Counted from the whole stretch's first letter, positions 1 to 11,561 are shown. The stretch: 55,298 nt of DNA, filler included, from Sphacelaria rigidula (GCA_964200075.2; 6 parts of 6 records of this genome joined end to end with filler, not necessarily neighbours in it), one strand, 5' to 3'. Numbers and translations are program-made. The notes: generated by a model not told the origin, from the letters alone.

Positions 1-562
1 CCTCCGGGTTCTCATCCTCAATCAAAAGCACCATCCTCAACATAGATGATTGGCTGTTTAAGCACGCGGGCCTCTCACGCATTACAAGCTCCATCCTCAA
101 TTTCGATGACCGGCTGTTAGATGTTGGGATGACGCTGTTTACCCCCCCTGCTGGATATTTATACCCTTCGAGCTTCAACTTCACTTTTGATCGCACAGTC
201 TCTCTCAACCACAACGCAGCCTGCTCGATTGGGGACGTTGTTTGCGACCACTGGGATCGACATACATATCTCAAGTAGTAGTGTTGAGATATGTAGAAGA
301 TGCTGAATGGCTGCGTTCCGCGAGGGAAGGTGCGGTCGGATGGGATAGGGGTTGCCAGCTCGCGAGCCACAAACGCGTTGATGGGAGAATCACTACCACT
401 TTTCCGCACTCCGAGATTTTCAATATAGTTGATCTACGAACAGAAGCCAGAAGCATGAGCGGGGGAATTGCGGGGTACTCGATTGGTCTGGCAAGGTTCC
501 TGAGAACGTTCCTTGTGATTGGAGAAAGGAAAATTGTTCCGAGTTCCTACATTCTGGGAAAA

Positions 563-857
563 CAACGTTTTCGTGAGATTGAGAGTAGAGCGCTGATTGA
601 GAGTGGCTTTGGTCATCAGCTTTAAATCAGCCAATTTATCATTCCGTGTGCGTTCTTTTGGCCTCCATCACTAGTGTGTGCTTACAGCTACACGTCGATA
701 TCCTACTCAGGGATATCAAGGGCCTCAGTGGCAAGTTACTACAGAAACAATATCGGGCCTCGTGTAGGGGCATTTCGGAACTGAAACGATTCGTTCACTA
801 ATCGACCGCTTTTCACTCTCAATCGTATCGTCTACTCTCAATCTCACGAAAGCCTTG
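563..857. mobile_element. MITE-like element with ~45-bp terminal inverted repeats
   Basis: Left end CAACGTTTTCGTGAGATTGAGAGTAGA..GATTGAGAGTG is the reverse complement of right end CACTCTCAATC..TCTACTCTCAATCTCACGAAAGCCTTG. Further copies lie at ~10212-10450 and 18302-18365. No clear TSD. Confidence 0.7.
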
Positions 858-1613
858 TTCGAAGTGCATCGCGGATCTTGCAACGCTGTAGATTTTGGAT
901 CGTAGGCTGTCGTGACAGGGTAGTGCTCTACGCCCTACTCCCTCACTCGTCTCCCTTGCCTCTCTTCACCCAATTTTCCACATGTGGATAGATCAATGAA
1001 GACCTGCAGCACATCATCTTCGTCTTCCCAGTTACTGCAAGCGGGCAGTAAGCTGTTTGAGCACACAGCAAGGGGCTGTTGTTGCTGCAAGATCATCTGA
1101 TCAACACGATCATTCGAATACATTAAGGTTTAAGTTCCAACTTGGATCGTTGCTCTGAGATGGCTGATCAAGACAGCGCAGAGGCCCTTGGGGTTGAAAA
1201 GGCTGCTACCGAACCGAAATTCTCACTTTTTTTCCCCGAATTGATTTGAAGCCGCGCTGCGCGAAAAACCATCCCATCGCTCTTGTTAAATCAATCGAGA
1301 CGCCCTCAACAAGTTTCAGCTTCATTGGTGCTCATGGCGTTGTGTTTCGCTGCTGTCCCGGGGCGCACACGAGTATACCCCCATTTGGATCCCTTTTGAC
1401 GAGAGCGAGTCTTGATTGAACTTCTCAGACTTGATCGTCGAAACTTCAAACGAGGCACTTTTGGAGGTTGGAGGCATCACACGCAGCAACCGGCTCTGCG
1501 AATCACTTGAAACATCCTCAAGAAGGTTCAGCTTCATTGCTGCTTTCTTCCTTGTCTTTACTTGTGCGTGCCGATGCCGTCCGTGGCTGAGATGGGAGGG
1601 GGTGTTAAAGCAA

Positions 1614-1753
1614 GTGATCGACTTCCCGGTTCATTCACTTGTAAAGCTTTATGTGGGGATAGAGGAGAGAGCAACCACGAACCGTGATCGACTTCCCGTT
1701 TCATGACGTTGTGAAGCTTTGCATAGGGATGGAGGAGAGAGCAACCACGAACC
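1614..1753. repeat. 70-bp tandem duplication
   Basis: GTGATCGACTTCCCG...GGAGAGAGCAACCACGAACC occurs at 1614-1683 and again at 1684-1753. Confidence 0.9.
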
Positions 1754-2687
1754 GGCCAGAAAATCGATGCCAACATATATTAAGGCGAGTCCTCCCGTTA
1801 GATGGTGTAGAAGTACAGACATTGCCGACAACACCGCTGCCGAATCCGAGCGTTTTGGGGTGCAGAGAGTATGTATATTCGTACTGTTGTACTTTCTGTA
1901 GTGCACAGGAACCCGATATGTTCGCGAGTACAAGAGTCTGTATGTGCAACCTTGCACTACTGAACTGTCTGGGCTTGCAGAGCTGCGCTTCGCACGGCGC
2001 TTCGCACGGGGTTTGGCAAGCGGATAAGAAATGTTGACGCCGTACTCTGGTGCGGTGGTAATATTTTATGCTGCACTGCGCTGCTGACTGTCTATGTGTA
2101 CCACAGTAGACGGGTACTGTAACATTCTACCCTCTGCTGTTGCTGACTTGAAGGGCAATGAATAGCATTGCACTCGTAAACTCTTGTCGCATACTGTGCA
2201 CTGTTCTCGCAATATCGACTGTATCGTTATGTATTACCACATTACCGTGTACTGTGATTGGGGAGTGTATTGCAATGCATTAGACCCTAGGGTACCACGG
2301 TTCGACGCTGCTCTTGAAAGATGATTCACTCCCTGCCTGCTCTTCGCCTTCATTGTGACATCGCACCCCTGCAAAAAGTGATCCCCCGTGTACAGAACAA
2401 TTCCAACAAATCTGTGAAACCATAACACATTCAGGCGTACACGCGAATGTGAGTCCCCCCGATTTGGCACAAACCGGGGTCCCGCCAGATTCGGGATTGG
2501 CTACCATACAGGTTGGTCTGACGCCTCAGATTTAGAAAAAGTGGGCTCCGGAATAAATAAAATCACGCGGGATCGGTCACAAGAGAAGGTGTGGGTGGGC
2601 TCTTGTTTTCCCCTATATTGGTGAATATACTTCTTTTCGCACAGGGGAAGGCTCACACAGGATTGTTTTTCAATTTCTTTTGAGCAC

Positions 2688-2914
2688 TCCACCTTCCTTC
2701 TGCGGTGTTTGCCTTTTTTTTTACCGAGAGAAGGGTTCAGCGGTCCGTCCCCTCGTCGACCGTAAAGTCGTACTTTGTGTACGCAAGGCATAGTCGCTCT
2801 CCACTCCAGCCGGTCGCCCCGGTGGGTCAGTTGGTAACCTCGACACCTTCTGATGGTTGGGTCGTGGGTTCGAATCTCAGAGCGATCTGGGATTTTCTCT
2901 CATGCCCAACAGTG
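2688..2914. mobile_element. tRNA-derived SINE copy with head inverted relative to body
   Basis: The head (2810-2914, +) has A-box and B-box-like motifs. The body segment that follows it in intact copies (AGTGGAGAGCGACTATGCC...) lies on the - strand at 2688-2805. Confidence 0.75.
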
Positions 2915-4147
2915 CGGTGACGTCTACACAGCAAAAAAGTACCTGTTTTTGGCTTACTTCTCCTTCTAAAATAGTGAATAGTTGTAAAAAATATAAACAC
3001 TCTCACATTCACCGGCTAAGAGGCTTGTACTGCTCGAAGATGTCATTGAACGTGGTGGGCGATTCGAAAACCATCCATCGGTAGTATGCAGCAGCAGAGA
3101 CTCTCTATGGGGAGCGGAGGATGGGAAAAACTTTTCGGATAAAAGGGTTTGTAGTATGTGGCACGGACTCAAGCAAGTCCTCAGAGGAGTACAGCGTGCT
3201 GTTAAACACACTCGAAGCAAAAACAGAGTGGTTTTGAAGATGGCGCTTATCGGCCGAAACAAACAGCATACACAAAACAAAAGGCAGAAGCTGGTGAGGA
3301 AGGAGAAAAATGGAGAATGAGGGAGAATGCTGAAGGTGGGCATGTCCAAGAGCTGTCCAAAGGAAAAACCCCCGACCCCCCCGGCTCATCACTCGGTTCA
3401 TGACACACTCGAAAAAACTCTCAACTTGTTTTCGGTACAAATATCCGACCAGAATAACGCTCTACTCACTTGCAATATTCCCAAATACCGGTCCTTGGTA
3501 CGTTCCTGCCTTTAACGAAGGGTCCGACTATCCTGTTTAATCACAATTAATCACTTCCCATGAAATGAGAATTTCCCATTACTTTCTACGGATATTTTTA
3601 CTCGCATGTGGCCATAAGGCCCTATCACTTATTTTCCCATTCCGCTAAAACAGGTGTTCCGCAATCCTGCTTTCCCTTAAGCCCGGTCCTAGAATTCCAG
3701 GACTTTTACAATACTACATCAAACTGTTCATCCAGGTAATGCTGTACGCTATTCATCAATCAATATCAGCTACTATCTGTGTACCCTGTACTACTCAACA
3801 ACTGGCTATGACTGCCTTCATTGTTTTCATTTATGATGAGCACACCTCTTCATTCGCTGCAATACTGTCTGTTTCGTACCATGTATTCTTAACGTCACTA
3901 CGATATATGTGCAACGAATGAGAGAAGAACCCAACATGCCCCCTTGTGTCAGACAAAACTGAAAACTCAAACTATAGATATCACCCTAGTCCTCACTACA
4001 TCGCCCGAAGTGTATCATGCATGCTTGAGCATAATACTACACTTCTTTCTTCATTTTACTCTTGAAACTGGGAAGCTATCATAGTGCTACCTACTGAAAT
4101 ATTGCTCCCATATAGTAGTGGTGGGCGGTGACGATGCGGCTGCTGCT

Positions 4148-4378
4148 GCGCGGTCTCGAAGAGCTAGATGACGAAGTTGTTGTTTGATAAAAAACTTCTC
4201 CAGTGCAGTGGTGGTAAGCGATGAAGATGCTGTCCGTGTTGGTGCGCGGTCTCGCTGAGCTAGATGACGAAGTTGCTGTTTGTTAAAATACTTCTCCAGT
4301 GCAGTGGTGGTAAGCGATGGAGATGCTGCCCTTGTTGGTGCGCGGTCTCGCTGATCTAGATGGCGAAGTTGTTGTTAA
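4148..4378. repeat. 96-bp tandem repeat, ~2.4 copies
   Basis: GCGCGGTCTCG..CTAGATG recurs at 4148, 4244 and 4340. Confidence 0.9.
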
Positions 4379-4508
4379 GATGTCTGTCAGTTGGTGTGCC
4401 CCCGTAGCCCTAGTACAATCGGTATGAGATATCTGATGTTTTAGATTTTTTCCGCCTCCCCAAGGAATTTTCCAAGAAAGTTGTAGAACCATGAGGTCAG
4501 GGCGCAGA

Positions 4509-4736
4509 AAAATCTCGAATCATTTGTACAGCATTGCGAAAAGACGATGCCGCGAGATGCCGAGTGAGCAAGTCAGCTAGTTGTTGTGTTCCAGGTATGT
4601 GGTGAAGAATTAGAGCTCCAGCGGCGATCCAGTCCTTGAGCCGGTGGTACTTCAGGGCGACGTGCTTTCTAAGGGCCGAAAACGAGTTGTTCGCTGCGAC
4701 ACGGAGTGCTGAAAGGTTGCCACACTATATTTCCGG
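4509..4736 (-). pseudogene. Ty1/Copia RNase H C-terminal remnant
   Basis: Hand translation PEI*CGNLSALRVAANNSFSALRKHVALKYHRLKDWIAAGALILHHIPGTQQLADLLTRHL matches the Copia RNase H pattern CDN.SA..A.N...R.KHI..RYH....QLAD.LTK. Contains a stop. Confidence 0.85.
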
Positions 4737-5366
4737 AGGTTGGAGACTATTATGAGCTTATGGCTAGTTGCCTTGGAGAAGGCAGCCTCTGTCCACCTTT
4801 GCCCTGATATGTTCTCACTAACAGAGGCTCAAGTCGTGTGTGCCAGGTTACAAAGCACAGCTGCGCAGTAACAACTCGACCCAGATCCAAATCAAATAAG
4901 TAATTCAAATCCAGTTGTCACAGGAATATATTCTCTTCTGTACAATACGAACCAGACCCAGTAGTTTCCTCAGAACTAGAAACTCGCTGGTAAGGACTCA
5001 CTTGGAACTTAGAGCAACGGCGGCAAGGCTGATGATGTCCTGGCCCCAAGATGGAGTAGTCATTGTGGCACTCGGGGCGGCCATGTAGCCACCTTACGCA
5101 GGAATTATACTCGTATCCAATCATAATATACAATGACCAAAGATCATACATCCTCCATCCAACGAACGTTCCGGGAATACTATCCATTGTGCACATGATC
5201 ATTCGATGTGCAGACATCAACCATGCTGTATCTCCCATCGACTACTCAGACATCGAATTGAATCTTCCAACAAGCTGACACCCCTCGGCTGATCAAGAGT
5301 TATATCCAAGCGTTCATTTACTCCGACATCTGTATGCCAAAGCCCTGCGGTACCGTATCGACGCTA

Positions 5367-5913
5367 CAGTAGTGGGCGGTCTAACTATTTCGGGGTGTTT
5401 CGGGGTTTTCCTCGTGTACTACTCTTCGATAGAACTCGAAATTGTTAGCTTCGGTAAATTTTGGTGAAATGAAATAGTTCATTTTCGAAACACAGTGCCC
5501 AAGTCAATGTTACTTGGTGTTATGGGGCGAAACGAGTAAATACCCCGTTCATCAGGGATGTGTTATTGACCGTAAAACACAGTTCTTCGGCCCTAGTGCA
5601 CTGAGTAGGTGGAATTAAAAAACAAAATGTACATTTCTCTGCAAATATGATCGGGACGGGCTCGATCGACCGAAAATACAAAATAGTATGAGTCTGGGCT
5701 GAAATGTGGCAGGAACCCCGATGACCGGTCAGCCATAAGTCATTCAATAGTGAGTACATATGATTTTTTCCTCTTGGAATGTGGAGTGGATACAAATATC
5801 TTCAGATTCCCGATGTGATAAGGGGTGGCGAGCGCAAAGAGCCCAAGAAAATCGTCTATCACGAAAAAATAAAAAAAATGCCACAAAATGAAAAACCAGA
5901 CCGCCCACTACTG
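5367..5913. mobile_element. Tc1/mariner-type MITE (547 bp)
   Basis: Perfect 16-bp TIR CAGTAGTGGGCGGTCT / AGACCGCCCACTACTG, with TA on both sides (5365-66, 5914-15). Confidence 0.85.
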
Positions 5914-6590
5914 TAGACTCTTCAAATACCATAACAATAGCCCACTCTGAAAGGTGAGCATGCAGACGCTCGAAGAGCTTCGAAGGCTCACGTTTCACCA
6001 TCATCTCCCACACCACAACTAAAAAGGAAGATGGAAATTTAACAAGGGCAAGGGAGAACTCCCGCCTGATAGCAATAACGGAGTTCCAGCTTCGGCGCAG
6101 GGTCCATGCGCTTACGCGATCAGCCAGGCTCTCGTACACACAGAGGAGGCACTTGGCCTGCCAACCATAACCTGCAAGACAAGCATGTCACCCGGACGAT
6201 CAAAGTCAACTTATCAACATGAAATACACAAAAAAGCTACACGCCACTGATAAAACCAGCGCGTTACTCGGATGGTCGCACGACCAACACTCTGGGAACC
6301 CACACAAACCAGACTATTCCTCAGGCAACGGGAACTGTATGACCCACAGTTGAACGAACACCGAGGGGGAGCGCAACACTCGCGATAGAATTTCACGTTA
6401 ATGGGTTTCAAGGGGCCCGCCAAGGCATAATGATCCAGAAGACATCACATTCAACATTGAGGTAGTGCATGCAAAAACTCACACCGGTGGAAAGACCAAC
6501 GAGAGAGCTCGCGGTATAGGATCTAGGAGTGGCAGCAGTGGCCGATTGAATCTCCAGGATCGTGCAGCGATAATCGCCGCGCGACGCGTA

Positions 6591-7070
6591 CTGAGGAAGC
6601 CCAGGGGGGTCGGTCATCCGTTTTCTCACACGCCGACAATCAAAAGCCATCGTCGTCATACCCAGAAACACGTGACAATTTGCTGAGGAAGCCCTTGGGG
6701 AATCGGTCATCCGTTGGCACAAATGTCGAGCAAATAGCCGGTTATATGAAGGAACACTTACTGAGGAAGCCCTTGGGGAATCGGTCATCCGTTTTCGCAA
6801 ATGTTCGGTTGAAGAGAAGAGACGGGGTGTCTCGGATTCGACGGTTCGCGAGGACGTGAAGGTCGTGGAGATGTAGGAACAAAAACGAGAAAAAACAAAA
6901 GAAACGAAAAACAAATGTAATGGACACCGACACATGACAATTTGCTGAGCAAGCCCTTGGGGTATCGGTCATCCGTTGGCACAAATGTCGATCACACAGC
7001 CGGTTACGTAAATAACATTTACTGAGGACGCCTTTGGGGTATCGGTCATCCGTTTTCGCAAATGTTGGGC
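6591..7070. repeat. Array of five ~33-bp repeats with a 261-bp higher-order period
   Basis: CTGAGGAAGCCCTTGGGGAATCGGTCATCCGTT-like units at 6591, 6683, 6761, 6944 and 7022. Segment 6683-6943 is repeated from 6944. Confidence 0.85.
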
Positions 7071-7669
7071 TGGAAAGAAGGGAAGGGTCGTCTCAGTTCC
7101 GACAGGCCACTAGAACCGCCTGTGGTGGTGGCTTCCGTGAAGGTCGGAGAGGCGTAGGAACAAAAACAAGAATAACCAAAAACAGTGAACAAGAGAAAAA
7201 GGTGGCTGAGACTCTCACAGCTAGCAAGGAGCAAGTGTAGTAAGTGTCTCAGCATAAAATGAATGACAGTGGAGGGAAAGACTACAACGTGGTCTCAGTT
7301 CTCCAGGAATGTCGAGCCTAACGAGGACGGAAGAGTGAAGTTGCGGAATATTCGCAGCTCACAACTCGATACGATGAACACACACACGTCCTCAAGTAAT
7401 TCATCCGGTCACCAATTTCAGGTGGGTTGATGGATGTAAAACCTCAATGTGGGGTCTCCACAAATATCGTACGGCGGGCTATGACAGTGGGTCGAGCCAA
7501 CTGTCGAAACGGAACGACACAAAAAACGCTCGTGCCAATGCGCTTGCATCACCTTGACTGGAGACACAAATGTGTTCGAAAAAGGGCACCACAGTTCCAG
7601 AACCAGATCAACCCGGCGTACAATATGCGACGCCTCCAAAATGATATAGAAACGCGACCGGGGCCAGGT

Positions 7670-7832
7670 ACACACATACATGCACACATGCACACATGCA
7701 CACATACACACATACACACATACACACATGGGCACATGGGCACATATCCACATACGCGCACACGCATACACACGTATGCGCATACGTACACCCAAACACA
7801 CACGCACACACATAGATATGCGCGCACACACA

Positions 7833-7864
<32 letters not shown>

Positions 7865-7880
7865 TACATTCACATGCACA
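7670..7880. repeat. Degenerate (CA)n microsatellite
   Basis: CA/CATA/CACG runs; the source of the spurious HT/CV-rich ORFs in the track. Confidence 0.95.
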
Positions 7881-8074
7881 TATCAACAACAAAAAAATGG
7901 GTTTGCGGCCATGTCGTCGCAGCAGCTAGGCGACACAACGGTAAAATAGGACAGAAAGCATCAAGACTCGTCTTCCCTCCATGAATTGTCGGTATTCCGG
8001 AGAATGGCGTCGTCTATGTTGCAGTCGTCATGACCCTGGAGACACCAGGACCCGCGGCGAGCGGACGACGCTTA

Positions 8075-8345
8075 CTACACTGAAGCGTCGTCCAAAATGA
8101 GCTTCAGGGGGCCGGGGTCATCGAGGAAGCGGATGTAGTAGGAGTTGTCGGAGTCGGGTGCTGGTAAGTGAATGTTGCCGAGCCACCAGAGGGAGTCCTG
8201 CGCCTTGTACCAGAAGTACACGCCCTTCGATAAAGGGTTTCCTGCGAAAAGAAGGCAAGTATTGCGCACGCGAAACAAGGCCATAGCCAGCCATGACGAA
8301 CTGGGCCGAATGCTCCCGGGCCAGCTCCCGTGCCACGCCGATACG
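8075..8345 (-). pseudogene. Gypsy pol C-terminal tail fragment
   Basis: RELAREHSAQFVMAGYGLV and KGVYFWYKAQDSLWWLGNIH...YYIRFLDDPGP (frameshifted) resemble the post-chromodomain tail of brown-algal Gypsy elements as I recall it; not checked by search. Confidence 0.6.
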
Positions 8346-8601
8346 CCAAATAACACCTGTTTACAGGATCTTTCAAACTCCATCCGACTCATTCTCAGCT
8401 ATGACCGCAACCCTGCAGCATAGAGCACGAGTTGAACACAGGAATGTATGCACTGCAGTAGTTGGGTGTGCTTTGTTTTTTTTATGTTGGCGAAAACTTG
8501 CGCATCTTCTCTCATAGCAGGCATCAGGGACGAAGCTGCGTGGTACGGTGGGCACCCGAGTTGCGTGCACGCTCATGGACAAAGCAGGGAGTACAAAGCT
8601 G

Positions 8602-8905
8602 CAAGGGTAGGTCGAGTAGAGTATACTCAATTGCGGGGGATTTTGCGAGACGAACTTGAGGTATTCAAATCAGGGTAGGGTATTCGGAGTCGTACCCAAA
8701 AATATCTGGAGCGCGATCCCAACGGGTCCGAAAAGCCAACCCATGGGAGAAAATCGCCTGTAGACGGGCTGAAATCCTCCTATTTATAAAAACTGGGATT
8801 CGTTGCCGTAAAAGTCGGGCTAAAACCCTACCCCCAATTTGTGTACTATAAGTACGCCTTTCAAAATATCCCGCAATCGAGTATACTCTACCCGACCTGC
8901 CTTTG
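8602..8905. mobile_element. hAT-type MITE with perfect 8-bp TSD
   Basis: ~45-bp TIR CAAGGGTAGGTCGAGTAGAGTATACTC.. / ..GAGTATACTCTACCCGACCTGCCTTTG; TSD CAAAGCTG at 8594-8601 and 8906-8913. Confidence 0.92.
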
Positions 8906-9134
8906 CAAAGCTGCACTGTCTTTTTGGGATTGAAAGCTTGAAAGTCCATATGCACCCAACTGCATCAAGACGAGAAATGTTTGCTCGGATCGATTCCACC
9001 GCCCCAGCGCATGGAGATGCGGGGTATTTTTGGGGAAGGGCTGACCCCGTGCAGACTACTAACAGGGTTGCCAGAAAAATGAGAACGTATTTTGAAATGA
9101 GAATCAACCGCTCCCCGGGATTGTGTCCATTTTT

Positions 9135-9234
9135 NNNNNNNNNNNNNNNNNNNNNNNNNNNNNNNNNNNNNNNNNNNNTTAATTAATTAANNNNNNNNNN
9201 NNNNNNNNNNNNNNNNNNNNNNNNNNNNNNNNNN
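9135..9234. other. Artificial contig spacer
   Basis: 44 N + TTAATTAATTAA + 44 N. Confidence 0.97.
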
Positions 9235-9448
9235 TTGATCCTCCGGGTTCTCATCCTCAATGAAAAGCACCATCCTCAACATAGATGATCGGCTGTTTTC
9301 ATCATGTTCCGACGTGGTTTTTTTAATATGCTCCGTTCATTCTTCGTACCATATATACGCCATTTGTCCTCCACACATTGACGAAAGAACGAGCGATTTA
9401 GAATCCGGGCCGGTCGAAACTCAGAACAGTTTATCCCAGTCCACTTGA

Positions 9449-9901
9449 ACCATCTTGTATGGCAACTACTGCGTATTTGTACAAATATGAGGATTTCAGC
9501 CCATGTAACTCCGATTTTCTCCCATGGATTGATTTTTCGGACCCCAGTCCGTTGGGCAATGTTTCTCGCCTAGCTCTGAGGAAACCATATAATTCTCCGA
9601 TTCTCTGGACGCTGACTTTTTTCCCATCACCTTTCTGCTCAGAACGGGAGACTCCCGCATCTCCCCCGAATCTGAGGCCCAAATCGGGGGAGATGCAGAA
9701 GTATCCCGATCTGAGCAGAGGTGATGAAAAAAATCAGCGTCCAGAGAATCGGAGAATTGATCTGGTTTCCTCAGAGCTAGGCGAGAAACATTGCCCAACG
9801 GACTGGGGTCCGAACAATCAATCCACGGGAGACAATCGGATTTACACGGGCTGAAATCCTCATATTTGTACAAATACGGATTAGTTGTCATACACGATGG
9901 T
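9449..9901. mobile_element. Foldback palindrome / hairpin MITE (~450 bp)
   Basis: Arms of ~220 bp are reverse complements around centre ~9675 (e.g. GTATTTGTACAAATATGAGGATTTCAGCCC vs GGGCTGAAATCCTCATATTTGTACAAATAC). The ORF track gives near-identical peptides on both strands. Confidence 0.9.
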
Positions 9902-10451
9902 CTTACCGGCCCAGGCTCGATACTTGTGCTTTGAAATTTTGTGTGGGGAATCGCTTGGGCATAGTGAACCAAAAACTGGGGCAGGCTGTTATTTTGATTT
10001 TTTCGGAAGGTTGACCGTTAGACAGCGACCCCTCGGCAGGTAGCCTGAGTTGGACTATGCCACATGTGGGGATCAGAAGTGCTCTTTTCTCGCTACACAA
10101 AACGGCATTTTCATCAACATGTGGATATTTGCCATCTGTATAGAAAATAGTCCCGGAGAACCCCTGATCAGTTTTGACCCTGCAGTCAATTGTGTGCAGA
10201 GTCGGTATAACGACGTTTTCTTGAGATCGAGAGTAGAGCGCGGATTGAGAGTGGCTTGGATCATTCACTTCATTTAACGTAGCCATTTTTTCGTTCCGTG
10301 TGTGTTTTTCTTTGTCAGTGTGCTTACAGCTACACGTCGATACCCTACTCGAGGACATCAAGGACCTCAGTGGCAAACTACTACAGAAATAATATCGGGC
10401 CTCGTGGAGGTGCATTTCGGGACTGAAACGATTCATTCACTCATTGACCTC

Positions 10452-10815
10452 TCGCCACGGTGGCTCAGTTGGTAACCTCGTAACCTTCTGACGGTTGAGC
10501 AGTGGGGTTCGATTCCCGGAGCGATCTGGGATCTTTTCTTACACCATGCCCAATAGTGGACAGCGGTTATGCCGTGGTTACACAAAATACGACTTAAGGG
10601 TCGACGAGGGAAGTGGAGTGCTGAACCCCTCTCGCGATAAAAAGAAAGAAAGAAGGCAAGCACCGCAGACGGAAGGCGGGGTACTTAAAACAACGAAAAA
10701 ACAAATAGCTCCTGTGTTGACCTTCCTCCTGTGTGACCCCGGCTGATGATGCGCCCACATATACCGGAGGGTGTAGACTGGCGCCCAGAATAAATGGGAC
10801 GACAACAGTACACAC
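10452..10815 (+). mobile_element. tRNA-derived SINE, full length (~365 bp)
   Basis: A box TGGCTCAGTTGG, B box GGTTCGATTCC, conserved body, 3' end AGAATAAATGGGACGACAAC..ACAC. Homologous to four other copies. Confidence 0.85.
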
Positions 10816-11459
10816 TCTCAAATTCACGAAATCATTGTTGTATGTAGGTGTGCTGTATGTCTTCACTGGATACGACGGCAAGAGACAGTACAAGTATGCC
10901 ATCGCTCTCCTCTAAACACAATTTACTGCATGCTGCTGATGCCTCCGCCTGGAGCTCAACAACAACACTACAGACATTGTGAAGCTATACTGACAGCACA
11001 TGGGGGGTCAGGCGGGCAGCGTAGACCACGAGCAGAGTACAAAACAAGTCATTTGTACCCATGTAATCTATGGTTGATTTATCGTTACCCAAATGAGTCG
11101 TGGGGGTAGACAGCGAATGAGTCCAATGTAGTCCTCCCGAACCAGAATTCACGTGCTCATTTTGACGACCGTGATTGATCAGAATGGGTATCCCGCGCCT
11201 CTCGGGCCTCGTGCACGGCTCATAATTTTCCGCGGAATCTTCTAAACACACATCGTTGACTTGATGAGCTTTTCGGCTCCTCTGCGGACAGACACACCCC
11301 CCTCGAAAACCACACACCCCGGCCACTAGGAACCCCCGAACGTCTCCGGACTATCAACCTGTGAAACGGTTCCGAGGGGACGCTCGCTGCTGTCTAAGGG
11401 TTAAGGACGTTTTAGTATAGTCAAGAACATTTTCTCACGAGAACGCCCCATCTGGTAAA

Positions 11460-11561
11460 CCCTTACATCGCGGTGCGGGAAGTCCATCTAGATCACGCGT
11501 GCTTTTTTCAAGTGGATATTGATGCCGATTCAGCAGGTGACCTACCCTCGCGGTCGAAGGG
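11460..11561. mobile_element. ~100-bp piggyBac-like MITE (degenerate)
   Basis: CCCTT...CTCGCGGTCGAAGGG ends; internal similarity to 30653-30752 and 36586-36683; TTAA flanks decayed. Confidence 0.6.

Noticed and set aside
5180..5330. Copia integrase remnant (GVNERLDITL..LLEDS, - strand)
   Set aside because: Suggestive given the nearby RNase H fragment, but too degenerate to call without a search.
6591..7070. CRISPR array
   Set aside because: Spacers are unequal in length and duplicated rather than unique; no cas genes; eukaryotic context.
7418..7984. His/Thr- and Cys/Val-rich ORFs
   Set aside because: Translations of a (CA)n microsatellite.
9179..9190. TTAATTAATTAA recurring every ~9233 bp as a periodic biological signal
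   Set aside because: Always centred in 88 Ns; it is an assembly linker.
9459..9972. Pair of similar proteins on opposite strands (YLYKYEDFSPC..)
   Set aside because: A consequence of the DNA palindrome; no protein family recognised.
10452..10530. Functional tRNA genes (also at 2810, 26988, 31949, 32954)
   Set aside because: No proper acceptor stem, copies are diverged, and each is attached to the same body and tail, so they are SINE heads.
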